This document shows positions 19,546 to 29,574 of a stretch of DNA of 64,000 nucleotides, in pieces. Made by a program: the position numbers and the translations under genes. Origin of the DNA: Chloroflexota bacterium (GTDB lineage: Bacteria; Chloroflexota; Dehalococcoidia; Lucifugimonadales; UBA3495); contig VXTR01000051.1 in NCBI GenBank assembly GCA_009837355.1, positions 13,224-77,223 on the forward strand, in the 5' to 3' direction. Within the stretch, counting starts at the first letter, position 1. Each line of letters begins with the position of its first letter. The notes below the pieces were generated by a model. It was not told the DNA's origin. It made no database searches and worked only from the letters and a program-made list of their open reading frames with translations.

Positions 19546-19713
19546 ATGGCCGTATCTGCGAACCGGATGGAATCCGAGGGCGAAAGCATGGGCAACTTGG
19601 GGCTGCTGTACGTGGGAAAGGTGAGCGACCTGGTTGACCTGTACGAGGCAACGCAGTTCGCGGCGGAGCAGATAGCGATACACGCGGCGAGGTATGGGTT
19701 GCAGACGGTTTGA
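19546..19713 (+). CDS. Small hypothetical protein (41-55 aa)
   Basis: Open frame with host-like GC3 codons; alternative ATG at 19588 has GAGG upstream. Confidence 0.35.
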   Translation: MAVSANRMESEGESMGNLGLLYVGKVSDLVDLYEATQFAAEQIAIHAARYGLQTV

Positions 19714-19790
19714 GGCGGAAGGTGGGTGGGGATGCGGGTGGTACAATCGTAATTGTGGGCTGGGAACGGCTAGTGCAAGGAGGCTCTCTA

Positions 19791-21308
19791 ATGTACGACG
19801 AACAGCAAATCCAGCGGTTGCTGGAAGGGGTTGACGTTTGGAATGAATGGCGCGAAAGGGAAGGTCCTAGTAATGTGCTCTTCCTTTACGACACGAACCT
19901 CTATCAGATTTTCCGTAATGCCGGGAAACTGGACAGTGAGGGGCGAATCCCTCTCGCTGGGGTCAACTTCGGAACCGTATTTCTTAACAAATCCGTTCTA
20001 GCCAACGCTAACCTCGCTGGTGCTGACCTCAGTTTTGCCTCTCTAAATGAAGCTGACCTTGCCAACGCCGACATCAGTGGTGCCGAGTTCTCTGGCGGAC
20101 GTTTCGATAAATCTGACCTATCGAACGCCAACCTCAGCTGCACTAAATCCCTCATGGCGAGTTTCGAAGAAGCTAACCTATCCAGTGCTGACTTATCTGG
20201 AGCTAATTTTGCGATATCTAGGTTCGCAAACGCTAACCTTACCGATGCCGATTTAACTGGTTCTAATTTTGGTCGCGCTGATTTCAGTAACGCCAATCTT
20301 TTCAATGCCAACCTCACCGGCACAAATCTAACCGATGCCAGCCTAGCCGGCGCTAATTTGCTCGGCGCACAGCCTTGGCGGGCAGTCTTATATTCCGATG
20401 AGAGTACACTATTGGAGCCGGTACGAAGTAATCCAGTATGCGTCACAGCAATTTCAGATTTATTGGCGATTGTTCAGGGAGTAGGTGTGGAAACTCCACT
20501 TTACTACCGCGGCGAATCCAAACTCGGCTGGTCGTTGATTCCTGCACTATTCCGAGATAACCTTGCCGAAGTTGAAGAGAGGATGCTGAATAATCTCATT
20601 TCACGACGGCCACATGACTTCAGTGGTACGGCCACTGCCCTAGATAGGTGGGTGTTGGCGCAGCACCACGGCTTAAAAACTCGCTTCTTGGATGTTACCA
20701 AGAATCCGCTGGTCGGTTTGTTTTTTGCCTGTGAAAGGAGCGAAAAATACGAAACTGAAGACGCCTGCTTGCATATTTTCGCAATGCCGGAAGCATTGAA
20801 CAAGCCGTTCAACAGCGACACAATTAGCGTCATCGCTAATTTCGCCAGGCTCCCGCGACGGGAACAGGGCCAGCTACTTGGCTTGTCTATAGACCAATCT
20901 AAAGCAGCGTCCACCGACCAGGATCGGCACAGTGTTGCTATGCGACAACTTTATCAGTTAATTCGCAGGGAGCAAGCTTACTTCGAAGAACGTATTGACA
21001 TGAAAGACCTCTACGGCGTTTTTGTGGTTGAGCCACAACAGTCCTCGGAAAGGGTTCGAGCACAATCTGGCGCGTTCTTGGTCTCGGCCTTCCGCGACCG
21101 ATTCGACTACACGGATGATACGGAGTGGAACGGCGGAGTACGTCCTTACGACCACTGCACGTTGACCATACCGGCCGAATGCAAAGACGACATCTTGAAG
21201 GAATTACGATTGCTGAACATCACGCGCGAAACCTTGTTCCCGGGGCTGGACTCGTCCGCCGATGCGGTTACGGAGCGATACAAGCAGGACGTGGCAAACT
21301 CGCCTTGA
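19791..21308 (+). CDS. Pentapeptide-repeat plus FRG domain protein
   Basis: GVDVWNEWR cap, long A(D/N)LxX repeat tract, then YYRGE...LIPALFR...AQHHGLKTRFLDVTKNPLVGLFFAC; AAGGAGG RBS; AT-rich. Confidence 0.88.
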   Translation: MYDEQQIQRLLEGVDVWNEWREREGPSNVLFLYDTNLYQIFRNAGKLDSEGRIPLAGVNFGTVFLNKSVLANANLAGADLSFASLNEADLANADISGAEFSGGRFDKSDLSNANLSCTKSLMASFEEANLSSADLSGANFAISRFANANLTDADLTGSNFGRADFSNANLFNANLTGTNLTDASLAGANLLGAQPWRAVLYSDESTLLEPVRSNPVCVTAISDLLAIVQGVGVETPLYYRGESKLGWSLIPALFRDNLAEVEERMLNNLISRRPHDFSGTATALDRWVLAQHHGLKTRFLDVTKNPLVGLFFACERSEKYETEDACLHIFAMPEALNKPFNSDTISVIANFARLPRREQGQLLGLSIDQSKAASTDQDRHSVAMRQLYQLIRREQAYFEERIDMKDLYGVFVVEPQQSSERVRAQSGAFLVSAFRDRFDYTDDTEWNGGVRPYDHCTLTIPAECKDDILKELRLLNITRETLFPGLDSSADAVTERYKQDVANSP

Positions 21309-21367
21309 CACCGCCGCCGCCGCTGACTAGGCTTGCCGTATCCGGACTACACGGAGGGAACCCGGCT

Positions 21368-22549
21368 ATGGCTATCTATGACCTGATCATCAAAGGCGGC
21401 ACCGTGATTGACCCTGCCGAGGGCCGGCACGGCGTCCTAGACGTTGGCATCACCGACGGCAAGATTGCCGCCGTCGCCGCCGACATTCCCGCCGAGGAAG
21501 CGACGCGGGTCGTCGAAGTCGCCGGCAAGTACGTTACCCCCGGCCTGATTGACCTGCACACCCACGTGTACGAAGGCGTCAACGGCAACGGCGTCAACGC
21601 CGACCTGGGCGGCGTCCGCGCCGGCGTTACCACCATGGTGGACGCTGGCAGCAGCGGCTGCGACACCTACGGCGGCTTTCCGGCTCACATCATTCCCAAC
21701 AACCACACCGAGATTCTCCCCCTGCTGCACATCTGCCGCACCGGATTGGCCACTACGCCGGACATCTTCTCCCCCAGCAGCATCGACCTGGAGCGCACGA
21801 TACAGGTGGTTGAGGAGAGCAACGGCGTCATCCGCGGCATCAAGGCCCGCATGGTGTCGCCGGCCCTGGAAATCATGGGCATGGAGATGCCCCGCATGGC
21901 CAAGCGCGCCGCACGAGAGGCAGGCGTGCCCCTGATGGTCCACATCGGCGACACCGAAAAGCGCTACCCCGCCGAGGTCATCCGCGAGCTGCTCCCCATC
22001 ATGGAGCCGGGCGACATCGTCACCCACTTCTTCACCGCCAACCCCGGCGGCGTGCTGGACGGCGATGGCAAGCTGGTTCCCGAGGCCAGGGAGGCCCACG
22101 AGCGCGGCGTCTGGCTGGACACCGCTCACGGACGGGCCAACTTCAGCTTCGACATCGGCGAGCGCGTCCTCGACCAGGGCGTGGAACCCCACTGCATCAG
22201 CACCGACCTCACCCTGCCGGGCCGGCTCCGCACCGTCCACAGCATGACCGAGATGATGACCCGCTTCCTGGCCATGGGCTTCACTCTGGACCGCGTGGTG
22301 GAGATGTGCACCATCAACCCGGCCCGCGCCATCGGCGAGGAGGAGCGCCTGGGCAGCCTGGCCGTGGGCAAGCAGGCCGACGTGTCCGTCCTGGACATCG
22401 TGGACGGCGACTGGCAAGTCTTCGACGTGCTGGGCAACGGCCGGAAATCCGAGCAGGCGGTGGTTCCCGTCCTCACCGTCAAGCGCGGCGAGGTGTTCGA
22501 GGCCGGTTGGGGCCCCCGACCCTGGGGCTGGGAGCCGGACACGGCATAG
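21368..22549 (+). CDS. Amidohydrolase/deacetylase (dihydroorotase-like metallohydrolase)
   Basis: PGLIDLHTH, GVTTMVDAGS, MVHIG, DIVTH, ISTD. Confidence 0.88.
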   Translation: MAIYDLIIKGGTVIDPAEGRHGVLDVGITDGKIAAVAADIPAEEATRVVEVAGKYVTPGLIDLHTHVYEGVNGNGVNADLGGVRAGVTTMVDAGSSGCDTYGGFPAHIIPNNHTEILPLLHICRTGLATTPDIFSPSSIDLERTIQVVEESNGVIRGIKARMVSPALEIMGMEMPRMAKRAAREAGVPLMVHIGDTEKRYPAEVIRELLPIMEPGDIVTHFFTANPGGVLDGDGKLVPEAREAHERGVWLDTAHGRANFSFDIGERVLDQGVEPHCISTDLTLPGRLRTVHSMTEMMTRFLAMGFTLDRVVEMCTINPARAIGEEERLGSLAVGKQADVSVLDIVDGDWQVFDVLGNGRKSEQAVVPVLTVKRGEVFEAGWGPRPWGWEPDTA

Positions 22550-22557
22550 GAGACAAC

Positions 22558-23478
22558 ATGGTAGAAGTAATCCTCAGTTCCCCCCGCGGCTTCTGCGCCG
22601 GCGTCGTCCGCGCCATCGACGTGGTGGAAGAGTGCCTGGCGCGGTTCGGCCCGCCCGTCTATGTCAAGCACCAGATTGTCCACAACCCCTACGTGGTGGC
22701 CGAACTGGAGCGCAAGGGCGCCATCACCGTGGAAGAGGTTGACGAAGTCCCCGCCGGCTCCCTAGTCGTCTTCTCCGCCCACGGCTCGCCACCCGAGGAC
22801 TTCCAGCGCGCCGAGCAGCTCAACCTGCGCGTCATCGACGCCGTCTGTCCCCTGGTTACCCGCGTGCACAACGAGGCCAAAAAGTACCACCGGGAGGGCA
22901 AACGCGTCCTGCTGGTCGGTCACCAGGGACACCAGGAAGTCCGCGGCACCATGGGCCAGGCCCCCATGACCCTGATCAACGATTCCGCGCCCCTGTCCGA
23001 GCAGGCGGTCAGCGCCGACCTCGACCTGCCGGCCGACACCGAGGTCGCCGTCATCACCCAAACCACCCTGTCCGTCGGCGACACCGCCACCGCCATCGGC
23101 GCCATCCAGGAGCGCTTCCCCGACGCCCTGGTGCGCAACGACATCTGCTACGCCACCACCAACCGCCAGGACGCGGTAACCAAGATGGCCGGCCTGGTGG
23201 ACGTGGTGCTGGTCATCGGCGCGCAGAACTCGTCCAACTGCAACCGTCTGCGCGAGGTGGCCGAGGCCAACGGAACGCCGGCCTACCTGATTAACGGCCC
23301 CGACGAAATCAACCCCGACTGGCTGCTCGGCTGCGGTCGGGTTGGCATCACCTCCGGCGCCTCAACGCCCGAAGTCCTGGTGGAAGCAGTGATTGACGCG
23401 CTGACGCCGAAGAAGGTAACGCTGCTGGAAGGCGCCGAGGAGGACATCACCTTCACCCTCCCCCGGGAGCTGCGCTAG
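22558..23478 (+). CDS. ispH: 4-hydroxy-3-methylbut-2-enyl diphosphate reductase
   Basis: PRGFCAGV, IVHN, SAHG, DAVCPLV, ICYATTNRQ, NSSN, SGASTP. Confidence 0.96.
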   Translation: MVEVILSSPRGFCAGVVRAIDVVEECLARFGPPVYVKHQIVHNPYVVAELERKGAITVEEVDEVPAGSLVVFSAHGSPPEDFQRAEQLNLRVIDAVCPLVTRVHNEAKKYHREGKRVLLVGHQGHQEVRGTMGQAPMTLINDSAPLSEQAVSADLDLPADTEVAVITQTTLSVGDTATAIGAIQERFPDALVRNDICYATTNRQDAVTKMAGLVDVVLVIGAQNSSNCNRLREVAEANGTPAYLINGPDEINPDWLLGCGRVGITSGASTPEVLVEAVIDALTPKKVTLLEGAEEDITFTLPRELR

Positions 23479-23483
23479 TCGCG

Positions 23484-24509
23484 CTACCACTCCGAGCGCG
23501 GTGGCCGTTCCATCAGCGCCGGGATGCACTCGGCGGCCGGCAGACCCTCAAACAGTACCTGCGACATCAGCCGGGTGATGGGCATGTCAACGTCCAGCCG
23601 CTCGGCCATTTCCAGGGCGGCTACCGTCGTGTTGACTCCCTCGGCCACGGCGTCCATGTCCGCCAGTATGTCCGGCAATCTGCGTCCCCTGGCCAGTTCC
23701 TCACCCACCCGCCGGTTGCGACTCAACGGGCTGCTGCAGGTGGCCATCACGTCGCCCAGCCCGGCCAGGCCGGCGAAGGTCAGCAGCTGCGCGCCGGCCG
23801 CGATGCCCAGCCGCCCGATTTCGCTCAGGCCCCGGGTTATCATCGCCGCTTTGGCGTTGTCCCCGACTTCCAGCCCGTCGGCAATGCCCGACGCCAGCGC
23901 GAGAATGTTCTTCAGCGAGCCGCCCAGCTCAGCGCCCACCAGGTCGTCGCTGGTATAGACGCGAAAGGCCGGCGACATCAGCGTGTCCTGCACCAGCCGA
24001 CGGGTGGATTCATCGGCGGCGGCGGCCACCGTCAGCGCCGGCTTGCCCGCGATAATCTCCCCGGCCAGGTTGGGGCCGGACAGTGCCGCGAACAAACCCG
24101 GCGAATGATGGGGCAGCTCCTCGCTCAGCACCTGGCTCATCCGCAACCCGCCCGGCAGTTCCAACCCCTTGGTTACGCTGAGCACCACCGCGTCCGCCGG
24201 CACGTGCGCCGCGATGCGCCGGACGTTCTGCCGGAAGCGGTCCGAGGGCACGGCGACGATTATCAGCCGGGCGTCTCCCAAGGCGGCCTCCGGGTCGTGC
24301 TCCGGCAGGAGGCTGGGCGGGAAGGGAACGCCGGGCAAACGCCGAGAATGCTCTCCGGCTCGTCGCAAGACGTCCGCTTCGTCCGGTGTGCGACAGAGCA
24401 GTTGCACGGTGGGGCCGGAGCGGGCCAGCAGGACGGCCAGCGTAGCGCCCCAAGTGGTGGCACCGACTACGCAGATGTTTGGGAGGCTAGCAGGCAAGGC
24501 CAACGTCAA
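23484..24509 (-). CDS. gpsA: NAD(P)H-dependent glycerol-3-phosphate dehydrogenase
   Basis: TKGLE, LSGPNLA, GGSLKN, GLAGLGD..ATC.S..SRNR, AEGV; TTG start uncertain. Confidence 0.93.
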   Translation of the reverse strand: MTLALPASLPNICVVGATTWGATLAVLLARSGPTVQLLCRTPDEADVLRRAGEHSRRLPGVPFPPSLLPEHDPEAALGDARLIIVAVPSDRFRQNVRRIAAHVPADAVVLSVTKGLELPGGLRMSQVLSEELPHHSPGLFAALSGPNLAGEIIAGKPALTVAAAADESTRRLVQDTLMSPAFRVYTSDDLVGAELGGSLKNILALASGIADGLEVGDNAKAAMITRGLSEIGRLGIAAGAQLLTFAGLAGLGDVMATCSSPLSRNRRVGEELARGRRLPDILADMDAVAEGVNTTVAALEMAERLDVDMPITRLMSQVLFEGLPAAECIPALMERPPRSEW

Positions 24510-24576
24510 TAGAACGGGGCATCCATCAGGCCGGCGACAAGACGCCGCCGGCCTGCGTTGCGCCGGAGGTTGCGGA

Positions 24577-25761
24577 CTAGTTGTCCGCGCCCTGCTTGGT
24601 GAAGTGTGGCATCACGTCGCTGGCGAACCACTCCAACTGCTCCATGGACGCGCTAGTGGGCATTCCCATATTCGTAACGCCGATGTTGATTTCCTCCAAG
24701 CCGGGGTAGCGCTCTTGCACTTCCATCAGCTGCTCGACGATGCGCTCCGGCGGCCCCACCAAGTACTGGCCGGCTGCCACCGACTCCTCAATCGTCGGCA
24801 TCTTCAACCCTTGGGGCACCGGGCGACCAAAGGCGTTCAGCGCGTCCAGCTGCTCCTGGCTCAGCCCGGCGATGAATCCCAGCGGCCCGAACATCTTAAC
24901 CCGTTCCTCCATCCACAGGCGGGCTTGGTCCATGGCCTCTTTCTCGGAGTTGGCAATCTGTACCGAGTAACCCACGATGAGGCCTTCGCCCAGCTTCCAG
25001 TCTTTGCCGTGCTCGGCGTGAATGGCCTGCCAGCGCTGGATGACGTCGTCGCTGGCGCCGCCCGTGGCCGCGCCGCCGCCGATGATGCCCTTGATACCCC
25101 ACTTGGCCATGAAGTTAATGGCCCGGTCGCTGGCCGACACCACCGGCTGCCACCACTCAACGTCGTACTTGGGCCGGGGCACCAGCGTAATCTCCTCCAG
25201 GTCGTAGCCGCGATAGGGCACGTTGGGCGGAATGTCGTAGTGCTTGCCGTGATGGGAAAAACTGCGCTGGTTAAACGCCTTCCACATCACCTCCACCTGC
25301 TCCTCGAACAGCTCGCGGTTGGCATTCTGGTCCATGATGGGCGACCCGAACGCCTCCACCTCGCGGGTGTGGTAGCCCCGGCCCACGCCGAACCGAACCC
25401 GGCCGTCGGTGAGCCAGTCGGCGGTGGCGTAGTCCTCGGCCAGGCGCAGCGGGTTCCACATCGGGTTGATGTTGAAGCCGCAGCCGAAGCGCAGGTTCTT
25501 GGTCAGATGCGCCAGGTGAACCCACAGCATCAGCAAGTTGGGAATGACCTCGTAGCCCTCACGCTGGAAGTGATGCTCCGCCGCCCAGAAGGTATCGTAA
25601 CCCAGGCGATCCATGGCGATGGCGATTTCTTCGGCCTTCTTGATGCCGCCGCCGGCCAGTTCCTCGTCGGATAGCCAGCGGTCGTTGGCCGGTGTGCCCT
25701 GGTAGCCGGGGTTGTCCATATCGACGTTGCCGGCCCAAAGGCTGCCAAACTTGGTAATCAT
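24577..25761 (-). CDS. LLM-class flavin-dependent oxidoreductase
   Basis: WAAEHHF, NPLRLAEDYATAD.LTDGRVRFGVGRGY; AAGGAGG RBS. Confidence 0.9.
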   Translation of the reverse strand: MITKFGSLWAGNVDMDNPGYQGTPANDRWLSDEELAGGGIKKAEEIAIAMDRLGYDTFWAAEHHFQREGYEVIPNLLMLWVHLAHLTKNLRFGCGFNINPMWNPLRLAEDYATADWLTDGRVRFGVGRGYHTREVEAFGSPIMDQNANRELFEEQVEVMWKAFNQRSFSHHGKHYDIPPNVPYRGYDLEEITLVPRPKYDVEWWQPVVSASDRAINFMAKWGIKGIIGGGAATGGASDDVIQRWQAIHAEHGKDWKLGEGLIVGYSVQIANSEKEAMDQARLWMEERVKMFGPLGFIAGLSQEQLDALNAFGRPVPQGLKMPTIEESVAAGQYLVGPPERIVEQLMEVQERYPGLEEINIGVTNMGMPTSASMEQLEWFASDVMPHFTKQGADN

Positions 25762-25838
25762 CTAACGGGTCCCTCCTTGTGATGGTGCATTGCCGATGAT
25801 GGCCGTTATGTTAGCGGGTTTGGGCGATGCTGTCAGCA

Positions 25839-27065
25839 TCAGCGCAGGCCGCGGAAGAACTCCCGCATATCGCCCACCAGTTCCGCCGGCTTCTCCAGCG
25901 CGGCGAAGTGGCCGCCGCTGTCCATCTCGGTCCAGCGCTGCACGTTGTAGGTTCGCTCTGCCCAGGCCCGCGGCGGCGTGGACAGCTCCTTCGGAAACAC
26001 CGCGATGGCGCAAGGCACGTTGATGCGATCCTCCGGCCCGAAGTACCACGGCGTTCGGCCGTTCTCGTAGTACAGCCGCGTGCTGGAGTTGATGGTCTGC
26101 GTTGCCCAGTAAATCATCACCGTGGTCAGCAGGTCGTCCTTGGTGTACACGCTTTCCACGTCCCCGTTGCAATCGCTCCAGGTGCGGTACTTTTCCACGA
26201 TCCAGGCGCACAGGCCCACCGGCGAGTCGTTCAGCCCGTAGGCCAGCGTCTGCGGCTTGGTGCCCTGGATGTGAGCGTAGCCGCCCTCGGCGGCGGCCCA
26301 GGCAACCCGCTGGTCAATCATGGCCAGCTCTTCATCGGACAGCGTGGCGGCGAAGTCCCGGCGGTAGCCGCCCTGGGGTGTGCCGATGACCTGCTCCAGC
26401 CGCTCCCGCATGCTCAACCCCTGCAGGCTGGCGCCCTGGTAGGGAATGGCCTGCGTAACCGACGTGGTGTGTATCCCCAGCACGTGGTCGGAGTGATGGA
26501 AGCCCAGCCGCGCGGTTACGCCGGCGCCCCAGTCGCCGCCCTGCGCGGCATAGCGCTGGTAGCCCAGCTCGTCGGCCATCAGCTTGTCCCACAGCTCGGC
26601 GATTCGGCGGGTGTTCATCCCCCGCTCGCGAGTCTGCGCGCTGAACCCGTAGCCGGGCATTGACGGCACCACCACGTCGAAAGAATCGTTGGGATCTCCG
26701 CCGTGGCTGGCCGGGTCGGTCAGCATTGGAATGATCTTGTGCATCTCATAGATGGAGCCGGGCCAGCCGTGGGTCACGATGATGGGCATGGGGTTGGGCC
26801 CCTTGCCCTTCTCGTGGATGAAATGGATGCCCTGCCCCTCGATGGTGGTGTAGAAGTTGGCGAACGCGTTCAGGCCGGCCTCCGCCTTGCGCCAGTCGTA
26901 CCCGTCCCGCCAGTATGCCACCAGCTCCTTGATGTAGTACAGGTTCGAGCCGTAGTCCCACTCGGCGCCGGGGATTTCGTCGGGCCAGCGCGAGTGGGCC
27001 AGCCGGTGCTTGAGGTCTTCCAACGCCTCGTCGGAAACGTATACGGTGTAGGGCTGTACCGCCAT
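25839..27065 (-). CDS. Epoxide hydrolase (EHN-type)
   Basis: HGWPGS, PSMPGYGFS, AQGGDWG, GGHFAALE. Confidence 0.92.
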   Translation of the reverse strand: MAVQPYTVYVSDEALEDLKHRLAHSRWPDEIPGAEWDYGSNLYYIKELVAYWRDGYDWRKAEAGLNAFANFYTTIEGQGIHFIHEKGKGPNPMPIIVTHGWPGSIYEMHKIIPMLTDPASHGGDPNDSFDVVVPSMPGYGFSAQTRERGMNTRRIAELWDKLMADELGYQRYAAQGGDWGAGVTARLGFHHSDHVLGIHTTSVTQAIPYQGASLQGLSMRERLEQVIGTPQGGYRRDFAATLSDEELAMIDQRVAWAAAEGGYAHIQGTKPQTLAYGLNDSPVGLCAWIVEKYRTWSDCNGDVESVYTKDDLLTTVMIYWATQTINSSTRLYYENGRTPWYFGPEDRINVPCAIAVFPKELSTPPRAWAERTYNVQRWTEMDSGGHFAALEKPAELVGDMREFFRGLR

Positions 27066-27110
27066 GTATAACCTCCGTGGGGAGTTCGCAATCAGGTTGG
27101 TCGCCGGTCA

Positions 27111-28370
27111 TCATACCAAAAACCGGGTGAACACCTGGTTCGCAACCAGGTAGGCATCCTCCGCGAGGCGCAGCCGGCCGTCGCTTTCCCATACCAGCAG
27201 CCCCTCCGCCGTCAGCTCCCCCAGCTCGGTTTCGTAGCGCGCCAGCAGGTCAACCCCGACCCTTTCCGACGCCGCCCCAACGTCCATTCCGTCAAGCAGG
27301 CGCAGGCCCAGGAACATCGTCTCCGCCGCCGCCGTTGCTTCGTCGATAACCTCCAGCCCGTCAACCGTCGGCACGTTGTCGATGCCGGCCGCCGTTACCG
27401 ACGCCCATTGCGCCGCCGTCGCCGTCCACTCCGCCGCTTTGCGCGCATAGTCCCGGGGCGAGCGCACCGTCCAGAACCGGACGATGCCCCCGGCTTCCTC
27501 AATGCGGAGCGATGAATGCGCCCCCGGCCCGACGCCCAGCCATTGCCGGTTGCGCCAGTAGGCCAGGTTGTGCTCCGACTCCCGCCCGGGGCGACACCAG
27601 TTGCTGATTTCGTAGTGGTGATAGCCGGCGTCGGCTAGGGCGGCGCGAGCGTGGTCGTACATATCGGCGGCCAGGTCCGGGTCCGGCTCCGGCAGCCGGC
27701 CCTGCTCAACCCACCGACGCAGCGGCGTCCCTTCTTCCAGCGTCAGGGAGTACAGCGACAAGTGCTCCGGGCCTAGCGCCACCGTCTGGGCCACCGTGTC
27801 CTGCCACTGGGCCAGCGTCTGCTGCGGCAGGCCGTACATCAGGTCCAGGTTCACGTTGTCGAAGCCGGCCCGTCGGCAAGCGCGCAAGGCGGCGACGGCC
27901 TCGTCGGCGTCGTGGCGACGGCCCAGCATCGCCAGCAGCCCGTTGTCCATGCTCTGCACGCCGATGCTGACCCGGTTGATGCCGGCGGCGCGCAGCTCGG
28001 CGCAACGCGCGTCCGTAAGGTCGTTGGGGTTGCATTCCGCGGTTATCTCGGCATCGCTGCGTATTGGGTATGCGGCAGATATGGCGTCCAGTATCCGGCC
28101 CACGTCCCCGGCCGGCAGGTAGGATGGCGTGCCGCCGCCGAGGAAAACGGTGTTCACCGCCGGCCGGCCCAGCGCCGTTGCCCAGGCCCCAATCTCGCCC
28201 GTTGCCGCCGTCAGGAAATCGCCGAACTGCGCTTCGATGCCCTGGTACGTGTTGAAATCACAGTAGGGGCACTTGGTGAGGCAGAACGGGATATGCACGT
28301 AAAGCGAAATCCCGGAAAAACTCCCTCTCCCCTCGTGGGAAAGGGCTGGGGTGAGGGGGCGCCTTTCCAT
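27111..28370 (-). CDS. hemW: Radical SAM heme chaperone HemW (HemN-like)
   Basis: LYVHIPFCLTKCPYCDFN, GGGTPS, YEISN, HNLAYW; N-terminus contains a translated REP-like element; start 28370 or 28403. Confidence 0.88.
   Translation of the reverse strand: MERRPLTPALSHEGRGSFSGISLYVHIPFCLTKCPYCDFNTYQGIEAQFGDFLTAATGEIGAWATALGRPAVNTVFLGGGTPSYLPAGDVGRILDAISAAYPIRSDAEITAECNPNDLTDARCAELRAAGINRVSIGVQSMDNGLLAMLGRRHDADEAVAALRACRRAGFDNVNLDLMYGLPQQTLAQWQDTVAQTVALGPEHLSLYSLTLEEGTPLRRWVEQGRLPEPDPDLAADMYDHARAALADAGYHHYEISNWCRPGRESEHNLAYWRNRQWLGVGPGAHSSLRIEEAGGIVRFWTVRSPRDYARKAAEWTATAAQWASVTAAGIDNVPTVDGLEVIDEATAAAETMFLGLRLLDGMDVGAASERVGVDLLARYETELGELTAEGLLVWESDGRLRLAEDAYLVANQVFTRFLV
28318..28359 (-). repeat. 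REP-like palindrome family A, copy inside the hemW 5' coding region
   Basis: Minus strand cccctcaccccagccctttcccacgaggggagagggagttt; the last 22 nt are identical to the 40482-40519 copy. Confidence 0.8.
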
Positions 28371-28399
28371 CAGACCGCCAAAACCGAACCCTGCCTGCG

Positions 28400-28786
28400 T
28401 CAACCGCCCCTCTGATTGTCCCGGTCATCTTTGGGGCGCGCCTGCCCGTCCACCACGCTGTCCGGATCCCGGTCTTCAGGCCGGGGCGGCGGAGGCTCGC
28501 CCATGTGCTCCCTGACCACGGCGGGCGGACACAGCTTCCAGAATATGAAGAGCGCCAGGCCGAAAATGATGATGTCGTCGTACCGCCCCAGGCCAAAGGG
28601 AATATGGTCCCGAATAAAGTCCCACGGCCAAACCGCGTACACCAGCGCCAGCGGAACCAGCAGCTTGAGCAGAATGTTCACCCGACGGTCCTTGTGCAAA
28701 CGCCATACCGCCCGTACGAACTTGATGATTCGCGGGGCCAGCTGTGGGCCGAACATCAGCAGCAGGGGCCAGAGAAATCGCAACAT
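28400..28786 (-). CDS. YkvA/DUF1232 family membrane protein
   Basis: D.RV....K......LVYAVWPWDFIRDHIPFGLGRYDD pattern. Confidence 0.8.
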   Translation of the reverse strand: MLRFLWPLLLMFGPQLAPRIIKFVRAVWRLHKDRRVNILLKLLVPLALVYAVWPWDFIRDHIPFGLGRYDDIIIFGLALFIFWKLCPPAVVREHMGEPPPPRPEDRDPDSVVDGQARPKDDRDNQRGG

Positions 28787-28926
28787 TGAAACACCGCCTT
28801 GCCATTGATGTTAGCACATAACGAACACTGAACCGACCAACCCAGACCACTACATTGAGCCAGCGCCGAAACCTGCTATCATAATCGGCGGATTCAGCCA
28901 ATACGCCATCGCACGGAGGCGACGTT

Positions 28927-29571
28927 ATGCGGCAGAGCGCGGTCAGCTTCATTACCAAGGGTCTCACCTTTGAGGGCATCATCGCCCTGCCCGACGGCGA
29001 GGGGCCATTTCCCGGCGTCGTGATGTGCCATCCCCATCCCCTGATGGGCGGCAACATGGACAACAACGTTGTCGTCGCCGTTACCTTCGGCCTCGCCGAC
29101 GCCGGCATCGCCTCGCTGCGCTTCAACTTCCGCGGCGTCGGCAACAGCCAGGGCGAGCACGCCAAGGGCGAAAAAGAACACCAGGAGGCCCTGATGGCAA
29201 TGGACTTCCTGGGCGCGCTGCCCGACGTGGACGACGACCGCATAGGTCTGGGCGGGTATTCCTTCAGCACCCGCGTCATCTGCGCCCACAAGCAGCTTCA
29301 CAAGAAGCCCAAGGCCATCGCCCTGGTCGCGCCCTCCATAGACGCTATCACTGACAGCCCGCTGCAATCCGACAAAACCCCGCGCCTGATTATCACCGGC
29401 GACCGCGACCGGCTGGTCAGCGCCGACGGCGTGGAGGAACAGCTGGCCCGTTTCAACCCGCCGGCCGACTATCACGTCGTCGCCGGCGCCGACCACTTCT
29501 GGGTAGGACAGGAGCGTGAGATGGCCGACACCGTGGTGCAGTTCTTCCTCAGGCACCTGGCCACTCCCTGA
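28927..29571 (+). CDS. Alpha/beta hydrolase
   Basis: CHPHPLMGGNMDN, RFNFRGVG, GYSFS elbow, GADHF. Confidence 0.88.
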   Translation: MRQSAVSFITKGLTFEGIIALPDGEGPFPGVVMCHPHPLMGGNMDNNVVVAVTFGLADAGIASLRFNFRGVGNSQGEHAKGEKEHQEALMAMDFLGALPDVDDDRIGLGGYSFSTRVICAHKQLHKKPKAIALVAPSIDAITDSPLQSDKTPRLIITGDRDRLVSADGVEEQLARFNPPADYHVVAGADHFWVGQEREMADTVVQFFLRHLATP

Positions 29572-29574
29572 ACC

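Noticed and set aside
18931..19746. ORFs 18931..19473, 19172..19651 and 19444..19746
   Set aside because: They run through repeats and the promoter, lack RBS and have non-protein-like composition.
24440..24470. GpsA GATTWG instead of GAGSWG
   Set aside because: All other catalytic motifs are intact; probably lineage-level variation.
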